The notes under the pieces: generated by a model
Told to the model about the DNA's origin: nothing
Seen by the model: only the letters and a program-made list of their open reading frames with translations
Databases searched by the model: none
DNA from: Raja brachyura
Lineage: Eukaryota
Assembly: GCA_963514005.1 (NCBI GenBank)
Contig: OY740798.1
Span: forward strand, 33,046,001 to 33,110,000
Reading direction: 5' to 3'
Length of the DNA: 64,000 nt
Shown here: piece by piece, positions 25,251 to 38,630 of the stretch
Numbering within the stretch: position 1 is the stretch's first letter
How the letters are laid out: each line of letters starts with the position of its first letter
Made by a program: the position numbers and the translations under genes

Positions 25251-27377
25251 TCCCAGGTTACTGACATATTTCCTCTGTTTGAGGGACCAAAACTGAACAC
25301 TATACTCCAAATGTGGCCCCACCATAGGGAAAGTGGTGTCTATTTCAAGACACAGTTCCATTTTTGGATCTACTCTGCCGAATACTCAGGGCAAGGAGAT
25401 GAATGAATGAATGAATAGGCTTTATTGTCATTCTAGATCCCTTTAACTAAAGTTTATCTAAGATAGAGCCTGACTTTCGCTCACTCTAGTCAAGAGTCAA
25501 GAGTCAAGAGTGTTTTATTTTCATATGTCCCAGATAGAACAATGAAATTCTTACTTGCTGCAGCAAAACAGAATATGTAAACATAATACATCCACATTTG
25601 CATCTTCAAGTCCAGTCTATACCACCAGTTTTGGCAATTCAATCTTGAATGGTTATTGAGAGCAAAAACACCTGGGGAACTGCCGCAGTAGAGATTATGG
25701 AACATTTCCTTCATTGAAATTTGCTGCTTTGATTTTGATGAACATATAATCTTTGAGGGCGGCACAGTAGCAGGGTGACAGAGTTGATGCCTCACAGTGC
25801 CAGAGAGTGACCCAGGATTGACCCTGACTATGGGTGCTGTCTGTACCGTGTTTTTATATTCTCTCTGTGACCACGTGGGTTTTCTCCGGGTGCTCTGGTT
25901 TCATCCCACATCCCCAAGACGTACAGGGTTGTAAGTTAATTGGCTTCTGTAAATTCTCCCTATGTGTGTAGGTTGCAAAATGTGGGGTAACTTAGAACTA
26001 GATAGACACAAAATGGTGTAGTAACTCAATGGGTCAGCCAGCATCTCTGGAGAAAAGTAATAGGTAATGTTACGGGTTGAGACCCTTCTACAGATCAGTG
26101 TGTGGATGATTGCGGGTACCATTTTATTTTACTTTGACCCTATAATCTAAAAACATGGAAAGTCCGACCAATGAGTTGTCTATTTACTTATTTGAGCCTG
26201 TTTTTATCATTCAATGCAATCACTGCATATCCGGTGTTTAAGTTTAAAGATAGAAACATTGCCATTGTTTCAATGTGCAGAAGGGGATAAAGGAGACCAG
26301 AGGGGCAGAAATTAAAGAGCTATATCTTTTAAGCAATTCCCAGAGCTAAAACCTGGGCTCTAAGCGTTTTTTTTTATAGTAATGCCAATTAATTATTGAA
26401 CCTTGTAGGAGTAACAAAACAATTTTTTTAGTCAAAGGGTGGTGAATCTGTGGAATTCTATGCCAATAAAGGCTTTGGAGGCCAAGTCAATGAATATTTT
26501 TAAGGAGTAGATAGATAGATTCTTGATTAGTATGGGTGTCAGGGGTTATTGGGAGAAAGCAGGAGAATGGGGTTAGGAGGGAGAGATAGATCAGTCATGA
26601 TTGAATGGTGGAGTAGACTTGATGGGCTGAATGGCCTAACTTTGCTCCTATCACATGACCTTATCACATACATGTACTTTTGTGGCAGAATAGTACATTT
26701 TGTATTGTATCACATAAGAATATGATTACGAGCAACACAACATGCATTAGCAGTAATGGGAATCCATGGAGATTTTGCCATTCGTGGGTATCCAGCATCT
26801 GCCACAACCTGGGGTAACTGAGGAGTGACAATCTGTGAATTGTTTGGTAATTTATGCAGCCAAACGCAGTTAGATTTGCACCACTGGGACGTGCAAGGAC
26901 AATGGAGTGACCCTAATTGAGACAATTAAGATTTGTGGTGAAATTTATAGCCATATAAATTAAAAATCGCCAGCATAATTAATTTTGTTTTCACTACATG
27001 ACACAACCTAGATTTCTTTGTATACTTTGATGAAAAGACCAATCTGTGAGTGTTAAGTATATTGTCAACTGCGGCAAATTTGCTCACTGTGCTTAACGAC
27101 ATTCATTGATCTAAAAACAATTCTTGGAGAAGTGACCAAGATGGGTCCAGAAGGCACCAGAGGCCAATTTCTGAGAAAAGGTTTAGGAGTATAGAGAAAA
27201 GGGAAAAGACTAAGAGCACATGATACTTTGGGCCAATGAAATATACTTACCTAAACTGCATATGAAGGGCAATAAATGTATGACTAGAGGGCACTAGTAC
27301 AAAGCATATGAATTTCAGGCAATATTTATTAAGAAAACAATAAATTCCTGGATATTTTAGATATGTTCAACTTGGAT

Positions 27378-27970
27378 AGACACAGAGTGCTGGAGTAATT
27401 CAACAGGTCATGCAGCATCTCTGGAGAAAAGGGATAGGTATGATTCGGGTCTGGACCCTTCTTCATATTGAAAGTAAGGGGTGGGAGGTTGGAGTGTGAA
27501 GAGCTGGAGATGAGAAAAGACCAGGATCAATCAGTGCCAGCCACAAGGTCAAGGCAGGACGGTGCCTGGTAGGTCCATTGTTGGTTAGGGAAGGTATGGT
27601 CTCAACAATGTGGAAAACTGTGGAACTGGTAAAATGACTAGGGTGGAGGAAGGAGACAAGAGGGGAGGGGAAGGGGAGTGTAAGTAGAAGTTACATAAAA
27701 TAAGAGAATTCAATGGTCATACATCAACTCCCCTCCCCTCCCCTCCCACTTGCCCCTTGATTGGGCCTGGTCTAGTCTAGCATCCAACTTCACAGCCCCT
27801 CCCAACCCCTCCCCCCACCCACTCACTCTTTACTTTCAGTCTGAAGAAGGGTCCCGATCTGAAATGTCACTCATCCTTTTTCTCCAGGGATGATAGCTGA
27901 CCCTCTGAGTTACTCCAGCATTTTGTGTCTATCTATGGTGTAAACCAGCAACTGCTGTTCCTTGTTTCCA
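27378..27970. mobile_element. Inverted pair of Penelope-like terminal repeats
   Basis: Minus-strand copy from 27378 and plus-strand copy with CTGAAGAAGGGTCCCGA at 27841. Confidence 0.7.
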
Positions 27971-28509
27971 TATTTTGAACTTGGAGTTCCCTTAATGGGC
28001 ATCGGAACTGATATCAATTGATTACATACTAATCAACAGTGATGTAGAAATTTAGTTTAGTTCAGTTTACACATGGAAACAGGCTCTATGGTGCACCTGA
28101 GTCACACCCATCACATTGGTTCTATTCTATCCTATTCTCTCATCCACTCCCGAAGCATTAGAGGCAATGTACAGAGCCCAATTAACCCTCAACCCCACAT
28201 ATCTTTGGTAGGTGGGAGGAAACCCACATGGCCACGTGCAAACACCACAAAATCAGCACGCAATGTCAGGATTGATCCCGGTCTCTGGCCTCCCTATATG
28301 TTGTTACCTATTTTCAGGGAAATATTGGTGGAGCTCATTGGGTAACCTGGAGGAGGAAATTTGTGGGAATTGGTATGGGAGCTAATCAGTAGTGAAGAGA
28401 ATTATGCAGTAGAATAATCTTGCACGGGACCTGGATGTTATGATCTGAAAATGCAACTGTAAATTTCTGCATTGTTTAAAAAATAATATTTTTTCTCCCC
28501 GTACCACAG

Positions 28510-28684
28510 ACCTTTGAAGCCAAGATTCATCACATTGAAACAAGGCCATCCAGGAAATCTAAATATAACCCGGAGATACTCGAATTCTTCACCCGCTGTG
28601 AAACAAACAGCTCAGACATCAGCACCTTGGTCAGTTCCTTGAAAAGAGTTGCTGAAGAAGTGAAAACAACAAAAGAAGAGAAAT
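28510..28684 (+). CDS. th: TH exon 3 ([14 protein letters not shown]...KTTKEEK), ACT domain
   Basis: CAG acceptor after a pyrimidine tract, GTAAG donor, 175 nt; HIETRP motif. Confidence 0.95.
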
Positions 28685-28729
28685 GTAAGAGTGTTGCTCT
28701 TTTACTCTCTCTAACTATTCTACGTTTCC

Positions 28730-28970
28730 TACTGGGTTCGATCCTGACCACTGTCTGTACTGAGTTTGTACATTCTCCGGGTTTTCTCTGGGTGCTCCAG
28801 TTTCCTCCCAAATTCCAAAGACGTGTGGGTTTGTAGGTTAATCGGCTTCCGCAGATTGCCCCTTGTGTGTAGGATAGAACTAGTGCATGGGGTGATTGTT
28901 GGTGCATGGTCTCGGTGGGCCGAAGGACCTGTTTCCATGCTGTATCTCTAAACTAAACTAAACTAAAAAA
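28730..28970 (+). mobile_element. HE1-type SINE (5' truncated)
   Basis: B box, central domain, (CTAAA)n tail. Confidence 0.8.
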
Positions 28971-31384
28971 AACATAAACATTCAGGATGAGAAGTACAAC
29001 GCTAAAGTATGTAAAGATATAATGCCTTAGCCAGTCCTTCAGAATATTCCACGATGTAGCATATTCAATGCATTAATATGTAGGCAAGATGATTATTGTT
29101 ACATGTGAACCACCTATATTGCACACATTATTAACCCAGATCTGATGATTTCCATTGCTGTTATTTGAGAGAAGCATGTTACCAGAGGAATCAGGAATAA
29201 ATAATGCCACTGGGTCTTTAATTTCTCACTTGATAAAGATATTTTGTGGTTGCTTAGCACTGCAATGAAGTGTCAGAATGGTTAACGTTTCCAAATCCTG
29301 GCAGAAATCTTGAGCCCATGTCCTTCTGACCCAGAGACCAGTAGCAACAGAGACAAACTGCTCATCTTTATTTCAACCGTTTGTATTTCTTTAACCTTTA
29401 CAGACGTTCTGCCGTAGATTCTATTCATACGCAATAGATGGCATGTAACCACCTTTAAATATATGACATGCATTCAGTGAACATGCCTACATAACACATA
29501 GGTTATAATCAAAACTTGCATCCCAATCACACGTCCACCTCTCCATAATTTGTGCTAAGCATTGGTCCCGATGATTGAAAAGCAGACTGAGTGAGGTTGA
29601 AAGAACCAGGCGATGATGTTTCACATCTCCTCATGCCCTGGAGCAGAGTATAAACTTGACAATAATTTTGCAATTACACCAAAGAAAGATTAAACAACAT
29701 TGAACAACAGCTGGACCTCGAATATATCTAATAATTACTTTCATAGAACATAGAACAGTACAGTACAGGAACAGGCCCTTCGGCCCACGATGATTGTGCC
29801 GAACATCATGCCAAAACCTTCTCTTACCTACCGGCGTAATATCCACAGCCCTCCATTCCCTGCACATTCAATGGTTCTTTATCATCGCGTGCACAGACGT
29901 GGAGTGAAATTCTTATTTTGCACACAGTTCAGTAAAGTATTCAGTAGAGCCACACCCAAGCACAAACCCCATAGTACCAAAAGCGATTGGGGATCGCACG
30001 TTGGCATAGCGTTAGATTTGCGGCCTTACAACTCCAGAGAACCGGGTTCAATGCTGTCTACGGAGTTTGTACGTTCACCCCGTGATGCCTGGGTTTTCCC
30101 TGGGTGCTCCAGTTTCCTCCCGCACACCAGAGACGTACAGCTTTGTAGATTAAGTGGCTTCGGTAAAAATGATGCATTGTCCCTAGTGTACAGGATACTG
30201 TTAGTGCACGGTAATCACTAGCCAGCGCAAACCTAGTGGGCTGAAGAGCCTGTTCCCACGCTGTACCTCTGAACTAAATTAAACTAAACTAAAGTATAGG
30301 AATAGTCCACTGAGACCACATGCAATAGTCGCCAGGATTTGGTGCCATTTTTAAAGTCAGGTTCGGACCATGTGCTGGGTCTCATGGAGCAGCACCCGAT
30401 CCTGGTGAGCCCCAGGGTGCTGCAGGGCCTCCAACCATCACCTTCATCTGGATCGTCCAGCGAACCATCGTCCCTCACCTCACCTGACCACTCTCAGACT
30501 TTGTTCCCCGGGGGGGGCGCCTCGTGCTACCGACCCTTGGAGCGAGGAAGGTTAGACCCCGGTTTACTCTATTACCGGTCCTTGCTCTTGCGTCCAGGGG
30601 AGCAGGGGCCGGACTCGGCGGCTCCCTCTACAGGCCACGGCCCGTCACCTCCTGCCTATCAAAAGTAGCATCTTAAATGCTATGATCATACCTGCCTCAT
30701 GTGCCAACCCTGGCCTTGCATTCCGGCACTCACCACCCTCTGTGTAACAAAGTTGCCCCAAACTTTCTTTGTATGCTTTGTTTCAACATCATCTGAGGCA
30801 TTCCTTGCAGCACTCCCTGCCGAGCTGCGGGTGTGCCCAGGAGTTCAGCAGCATTCCCCTCCCTTAAGCTGTGCTACTATCAGACTGAAGAAGGGTCCTG
30901 ACCAGAAACGTCACCTACCCATGTTCTCCAGAGGTGCTGCCTGACCTGCTGATTTATTTCAGTATGTCAGCACCGTGTCCAAGCCGACCAGCGATCCCTG
31001 TGTACTAGCACTATCCTACACCCTAGGGTCGATTCACAACTTTACCAAAGCCAATTAACCTACAAACTTGTACATCTTTGGAATGTGGGAGGAAACCAGA
31101 GCACCCATGCGGTCACAGGGAGAACGTACACACTCTGTACAAACCTGGATCGATTGTGGGTCTCTGGCATTGTGAGGCAGCAACTCTACTGCCCCACCAT
31201 GCCGCCACCTGTGTCTCCTAATTATTTTGTTGATTTGTATCCTAAAGTGCTGCAGGATTATCCTATCTAATACTGATCCAGCTTAAATGGATTATCCATT
31301 GTATCTCTTTGAGCACCAGGCTGGCTATTCAATGCAGGAAGCACTGTTCTTTATCTGTTTTTTTCATTTTGTCCCTATCTCTAG

Positions 31385-31473
31385 ATCATTGGTTTCCAAA
31401 AAAGCTATCAGATTTAGACAGATGCCATCAATTGGTTTCCAAATATGACCCAGACTTGGATTTCGATCACCCG
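31385..31473 (+). CDS. th: TH exon 4 ([30 protein letters not shown])
   Basis: TAG acceptor, GTAAG donor, 89 nt; WFP and DHP motifs. Confidence 0.95.
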
Positions 31474-31709
31474 GTAAGTTCTGTGAGAATTTTGGAAAGG
31501 GATCTTGCTGGGATGCTGATGAGAATTGTGAACTTCCACAGTGAAGTGTGAACCTCGATGGTTGAAGGAAGGAGTTTCATGAGAATCATAAACACCAGTA
31601 CAGAACAGGGGGCTCTGTTTCTGTGTTGTAAAGGTCATGGTAATTTATGTCTGGACATTTCAGCCTGAAGTTGTGATGAATTCCTGAATGGACTTTTGAT
31701 TTTAAGGCT

Positions 31710-32130
31710 TTTAGTTTAGTTTAGAGTTGCAGCGCAGAAATAGCCCTTCGACCCACCGAGTCTGCACTGACCAGCGATCCCCCCATACACTAACACTATC
31801 CTTCACACTAGGGACAATTTTACAATTTAACTGAAGCCAATTAACCTCCAATTAACCTCCAAACCTGTAGATCTTTGGAGTGTGGGAGGAAACCCAGGTT
31901 CAATCCTGACTACGGGTGCTGTCTGTACAGGGTTTGTAAAATCTCCCTGTGACCGGTGGGTTTTCTCCGGGTGATCTGGTTTCCGACCACATCCCAGAGA
32001 TGTGCACGTTTGTAGGTTAATGGTCATCTGTAAATTGTCCCGAGTGTGTAGGATTGAACTAGTGTATGGGTGATGGTTGGTCAGCGCTGGCTCGGTTGGC
32101 CAAATGGCCCATTCCCACTCTGTATCTGTC
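31710..32130. mobile_element. Inverted pair of HE1-type SINE halves
   Basis: Minus-strand tail half followed by a plus-strand copy. Confidence 0.7.
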
Positions 32131-32422
32131 TGGACCCGAAACGTCGCCTATTCCTTCGCTCCATAGATGCTGCCTCGCCCGCTGAGTTTCTCCAGCTTTT
32201 TTGTCTACCATCTGTACAAGAATGTGTGTGTTTAACATCTTCTCGGAAAGACCGTAGCCTCAGTACGGCTCTTAAGTGTCTTATTTCAGTTTGTGGTTGA
32301 GATTCTTGAGTGGGACATGCCCCAACAGCAAATACAACTGAGCTACAACTGAGCTCCAGATGGAAGGGATGAGACAACACTAAGGTTTGTAGCCACCATT
32401 GAAGCTCCATGGCAGATACTTT

Positions 32423-32452
32423 CTGCAGGTTAAATGCCACAAGATGGCACCA
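32423..32452 (+). promoter_or_regulatory. Candidate CTCF site in TH intron 4
   Basis: CCACAAGATGGCACCA core (32437-32452) with an upstream CTGCAG module; motif evidence only. Confidence 0.45.
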
Positions 32453-33879
32453 TTGTCTTGTCTTTTCAAAGCTGAACATGCTTTGGGTTTAGGTTTATTA
32501 TTGTCACGTGTACTGAGATGCAGTGGAATGCTTCATTTTGCATCAAATCAGATAATACGTTGCATAAATACAATGAAACTAAACTCAATTATAATTAACA
32601 TAAAGGGTGGTGGATGTATGGAATGAGCTGCCGGGGGAGGTAGTTGAGGCAGGTACTATTGCATTGTTCAAGAAGGCAGGTACATGTGTAGGATAGGTTT
32701 TGAAGGATATGGGCCAAATGCAGGCAGGTAGGACTAGTGTAGATGGGACATGTTGGTCAGCATGGAAAAGTTGGGCCGAAGGGTCCGTTTCCTCGCTATA
32801 TGGCCCTATGACTCTATTAGACAAAATGCAAGGAAAGATACACAGTGCCAAATATAGTTCTCAGCATTGTAGCGCAAACATTTCAAAGACAATGTCCAAT
32901 ATCTGCAGTGAGGTAGGTTGGAGAATTGGATTGTACCCTGGCTTATGGAAGGACAGTTTAGAAGCCTGATAACGGAGAGGAAGATGCTATTTCTGAGTCT
33001 GGAGGTGCTAACTTTCAGGGTTCTGTATCTTCTGCCCGATGAGAGCGGAGAGAAGAAGGAATGACTGGAGTGGGGAAGGTCCATTGATTATGTTGGCTGC
33101 TTTCCCAAGGCAGCGTGACGTGTAGATGGACTCAATGGTGGGGAGTCTGGTCTGTGTGATGGACTGGGCTGCATCCACAATTCACTGCATGGTGAAAGGT
33201 GCCTGCACATTGCCAGGGCTCTATTGTACAAGCCTGTCCTTACAGTTGCGTTGATGAGGGAAGGTGTAGACTGTCTACATCCAACGCATCTCACCTGCCT
33301 GGCACTCGCCCCTTCATTCTCCTCCATTTTCCACACACTACACAATCCAGCACTCCCTGTTGAGAACAGCACCAACAAATAGTTTTTTTTAAAGAGCTAA
33401 TTTTAGAAATCTGAAACTCAAAAAAAAGAAGGGAATATGCTGCAAGCTGAGGGAATATATGACCATAAAATCATAAGACATAGAAACATAGAAAATAGGC
33501 GGATTGTATTTTGCTCAAGATTCCAGCATCTGCAGTTCCTTGTGTCTCCATAAGATAATATATACTTGCCTACTAGATCTTAGTATGTCTGCACTTCTAA
33601 TTGTCTCGTCAATATTTCCTGGCCAAAAAGGCCAAGATTCCAATGATAGTAATGACATAATCGAGGGAACATTTTTGACAGGCTGGTTTTACTGTAGCTC
33701 TACGCAGGATCAGCATATAACCAGCAGAGGGCAATAGAGGACGAGTTGTCTAATTGGAGATAGACACTGAGTGCTGGAGTAACTCAGTAGGTCAGGCAGC
33801 ATCTCTGTAGAATATGGATAGGTGATGTTTCAGGTCGGGAGCCTTCTTCAGACTGATTGCAGGGGGAAGGAACCGAAAG

Positions 33880-34470
33880 GAGCTTTCATAACAAGAGGAT
33901 TTGAGTATAGGATTAAAGAGGTCCTTCTGCAGTTGTACAGGGCCCTGGTGAGACCGCATCTGGATTTGAGGAAGGATATCCTTCACGAGGTTAATCCCTG
34001 GGTTGGAGGGTCTGTCATATGAGGAAAGATTGGAAGGAATGGGCTTGTATTCACTGGAATTTAGAAGGATGAGAGGGGATCTTATAGAAACATATACAAT
34101 TATGTAAGGATTGGATAAGCTAGATGCAGGAAAAAATGTTCCCAATGATGGGGGACTCCAGAACATGGGGCTGCAGTCCAAGAATAAAGGGGAGGCTATT
34201 TAAAACTGAGATGAGAAAAAAAAATTCACCCATAGAGTTGTGAATTTATGGTATTCTCTGCCACAGAAGGCACAAGAGGCAAATTCACTGGATGAATTGA
34301 AAAGAGAGTTAGATGGAGCTCTTGGGGCTAGCGGAATCAAGGGAAATGGGGAGAAGGTAGGCACGGGTTGCTGATTGGGGACGATCAGCCATAATCACAA
34401 TGAATGGTGGTGCAGGCTCGAAGGGCCAAATGGTCTCCTCCTGCACCTATTTTCTATGTTTCTATGTTTC
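33880..34470 (+). mobile_element. CR1 3' fragment, decayed
   Basis: AFITRGFEYRIKEVLLQLYRALVRPHL; (TTTCTATG)n tail. Confidence 0.85.
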
Positions 34471-36299
34471 TATTAAAGGAATAAAAGAACAAGACAAAGC
34501 CATCTCAAGAAGGGTTCCTACTCAAAATGTTGGCAATTCTTTTTCTCCAGAGATGCTGCCTGTCCCGCTGAGTTACTCCAGCTTTTTGTATCTATCTTTG
34601 GTTTAAATCAGCATCTGCAGTTGCTTCCTTCACAAATCAGGTTGAGAATAGATTGACATCAGGCAGAGTGGATCCGATAGGTTGATTGTTGGCTAGGGAT
34701 GGTGTGATCCCCGGAGGTATAATCAGAGAGATGGCCAGAAGTGAGTAGTGGAGTTTCTGCCTTGAGGCTCCAGAGACCAAGGTTTAATCCTGACTGCAGG
34801 TGCTGTCTGTATGGTATTTGTACGTTCTCTCTGCGACCACATGGGTTTTCCCCAGGTGCTCCGGTTTCCTCCCACACTCCAAAGACGTGCAGTTTGTAGG
34901 TTAGTTGTCCCTAGTGTGTAGGGTAGAACTAGTGTATGGGTGATCGTTGCTCAGCGCGGACATTATTTGGGCAAATTTCTTTATGAATTTTACTAACGTA
35001 CTGGGGGAGAAGTTGTGTGGAGAGTTGCATGAATGCTTCATCTGGCTGTGCACAGAGTGGTCTTCATTCAGTAGGAGTCTGACATATGGGATCGCACTAG
35101 ACTGCCTCACTGGCACGGGGTTCAAGTCTTTCATTTGCAATTGTTCTCTGTATTCCACCTCCAGCTCATAAAATAAAATAAGCCACAAAGTGCTTGAGTA
35201 TCTCAGTGCATCAGGCAGCATCTCTGGAGGACATGGATAGGTCATGTTTCCATAAGACCTTAAGACATAGTAGCAGACTTAGGCCATTCGTCCCATTGAG
35301 TCTACTCTGTCATTAAACATGGCTGCTCTATTTTCCCTTCTTAACCCCATTCTTCAGCCTTCGCCCTGTAACCTTTGATGCCCTTACTAATCAAGAACCT
35401 GTCAATCTAGACTTTAAAAATACCCATTGACGGCCCCCCACGGCCATCTGTGGCAAAGAATTCCACAGATTCACCACCCTCTGGCTAAAGAAATTCCTCC
35501 TCACCTCTATTCTAATAGTACGTCCTTTCATTCCAAGGCTGTGCCCTCTGGCCCTAAACTCTCCGACAACAGGAAATGGTCGGGACCCTTCTTCAGACTG
35601 ATTGTAGTGGGGGGTGGGGAGGGGGGAAACTGGAAGAGAAGTGGGGGCCGAACAAAGCCAGGCAAGTGATAGGTGGATACAGGTGAAGTGGGGGGAGGGG
35701 GGGGGTGTGGATTGGAAGATTGATGAAGACGTTAGAGATGGGAATTGGACAAAAGGCTGTGAGATGGGGAGGGAAGATGCCCAAAGTGTGAAGCCACAGG
35801 AAGGAATATAGGCAAAGTGGGACAGGGGAAAATGGAAAAGGGGGTGGGATAGTGTGAGAAATTAGTACATATTGAGTCTCAGTGAAGAGATGTGGATGTT
35901 GTTGGTTAGTTGCCTAAAATTGAGGCATAAAATATTCATACCATTGCGTGATAAGCTGCCCAAGAGGAAACATGAGGTGCTATTCCTCGAATTTTATGAG
36001 CTGTCTTATCCCATCAGCCATCCACAACTCTTTAAGTTTGATCATGATACGTTTGCCTTCAAAGTGATCCTGACGAAAGGAAAATATTTACCAGTTCCAG
36101 GATGCATGGAATTATGGAGAGGAAAAGATAAAACTATATTAGTGGAAGAGAAAAGAAAACGAGGGAGGAGGGAAAGAAAGAAAGGAGTGAAGTGTAAGTT
36201 GATTGTCCCCCAGTGGAGTGTAAGACAAACAGCCTGGATTTTAACAACCCTGGTTTTATTTTGGTGGGAGACTCGTACTACTGGCATGACAAAATCAGA

Positions 36300-36920
36300 G
36301 TATTTAGTTTAGTTTAGTTTAGAGATATATAGCATGCAACAGGACGTTCAGCCCACCAACTCCATCCATACACTAGTTCTATGTTATCTCGCATCCACAT
36401 TCTACACTCTAGGGGCAATTTACAGAAGCCAATTAAATTGCAAACCGACACATCTTTGCAACTTGGGAGGGTGGCAGAGTGCCGCAGTGGTAGAGTTGCG
36501 GCCTTACTGCTCCAGAGAGCTGGATTCAATCCTGACTATGGGTGTTGTCTGTAGGCAGTTTGTACATTCGCCCTATGACCACATGGGTTTTCTCCGTGTT
36601 TTCCGATTTCCGTCCACATTCCAAAATCAGACAGGTTTGTAGGTTAATTTGGTTTCGGTAAAATTCTAAATTGCCGCCAGATTGTTGGATAGTGCTAGTG
36701 TACAGGGTGATCGCTGGTCGGCATGGACTCGGTGGGCCGAAGGGCCTGTTTCTATTCTGTATTTCTAAAAAAAAGTAAAATAAACTAGAGCACCGGGGGA
36801 AAATCCACGCGGTCACAGAGAGAAGGTACAAACTCTGCACAGACGGCAACTTTAGTCAGGATCGAACCTGAGTCTTTGGTGTTGAGAGGCAGTAGCTCTA
36901 CCTCTACACCACTGTGCCTC
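36300..36920. mobile_element. Nested HE1-type SINEs in opposite orientations
   Basis: Plus-strand copy (~36470-36788) inside a minus-strand copy. Confidence 0.7.
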
Positions 36921-38089
36921 CCAAAAGTCATACCCGGCATGGGGGGCCACCGAGAAGGGGAGCCACCGAGGACAAAGAGGGACCCGGGGGCGCAGGGGGA
37001 CCAGAAGGAAGAGGCACCATCGGGACTATATTAAATACTTTTGTAACTTTGTCGACGCGGTATATGTAGCGATTCGTTGGATACATGTATTGTATGCAAA
37101 GCAAAGAATCGCACTGTACCAAGTCCATGTGACAATAAAGTATCGATCAATGTTAAACATTTAACTAGCATTATGAAAAGGAGTATAGCCACCTCTTTGG
37201 GTGCAGGAGATTTATCAGAGTGATCCACAATGCCTTGTGTAGGGTGACCAAGCTAGCACCTTAGCTACAACCTGTACCTGATAAGCTTTAGCACTGTGAA
37301 CATTTTCTTTATAACAATACAGTTCAATGTGATATAAATACTACTAACAGCTTAAATGGTGCTTTATATAAAACAACCAATCTTTTGGCATTGTGGTGCA
37401 GCTTAAGCCAGATCCTGTGAAGCTGGTGCAAAATGTGGTCCACCATCACTTGGGAGTTTATTTTAATTTGGTCACAGCTGGTCCCCATCGTATATCTTCA
37501 GCATAAGAACCTGCCAAAAAGATCAGCGTAACTTTTTATGATTTGTTTTCATTGAACAACAGACAGAGTCTCAAATCCTATAAACCTTCAGCTACGTCCC
37601 TGCAGAGTTCAGGAAGTTTACAGGACTCTGCCCAGACTTAACATTCTGCTGAAGCACATCGTGTACTTCACATCTGTTGCTGCGTAGTTTACCGTGGCTG
37701 CAGCCAGCGTCTCCATCCACTTGTTTATTGTAAGTGTGAGCACTGGCTTGCGGTTTGGATTGCCATTTTGGCCTTTCCTAGCTGTGTCTTGGGAGCCCTG
37801 AAAATCCTAAAGGCTATGCTGGGAATCAATTCTTCAGGGGCCCGAGTGAGTGTGAGGTGTCGTACTTTGGGATGTTGAATATAACGGGAAAGTATACAGT
37901 TGATGGCAAGACCCTTCACAGCATTGATGTCCACATTCATAGCTCACTGAAGGTGGCAGCACATGAACAAGTCAAGAATGTTTTATTGTCATATGTCCCA
38001 AACCGGAACAATTAAATTCTTACTCGCAGCAGAACAGCAGATATGTAAACATAACACTCTAAAAACCATAATGAGCAACAACAAAGGTT

Positions 38090-38242
38090 NNNNNNNNNNN
38101 NNNNNNNNNNNNNNNNNNNNNNNNNNNNNNNNNNNNNNNNNNNNNNNNNNNNNNNNNNNNNNNNNNNNNNNNNNNNNNNNNNNNNNNNNNNNNNNNNNNN
38201 NNNNNNNNNNNNNNNNNNNNNNNNNNNNNNNNNNNNNNNNNN
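38090..38242. other. Assembly gap (N run)
   Basis: Ns. Confidence 1.
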
Positions 38243-38630
38243 AGAAGGAGTCTGGTGTGCTTTCCTTCATTACTAGGGGCATTGAGTATAAGAGTTAGGA
38301 ATTCAATGTGCAGCTCTATAGGACTTTGATTGAGCCACTTTTGGAGTATTGTGTGCAGTTCTGGCCAGCCCATTACAAGAAAGATGTAGAGGCTTTGGAG
38401 AGGGTGCAGAAGCAGAATAATTTTACCAGAATGCTGCCTGGATTGGGGGGTTCTAGCTGCAGTGAGAGGTTGGAGAGACTTGGATTGTTTTCTCTGGACG
38501 CCAGGGGTTGAGGGGAGATTTCATAGCAGTATATAAAATTATGAGAGGCGTAGATAGGATAGACAGTCAGAACCTTTCTTGCAGAGTGGAAACTAAGGAC
38601 ATAGCTATAAAGTGACAGGGGGGAAGATTA
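38243..38630 (+). mobile_element. CR1 RT C-terminal fragment
   Basis: LEYCVQFWPAHYKKDVEALERVQ motif. Confidence 0.8.
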
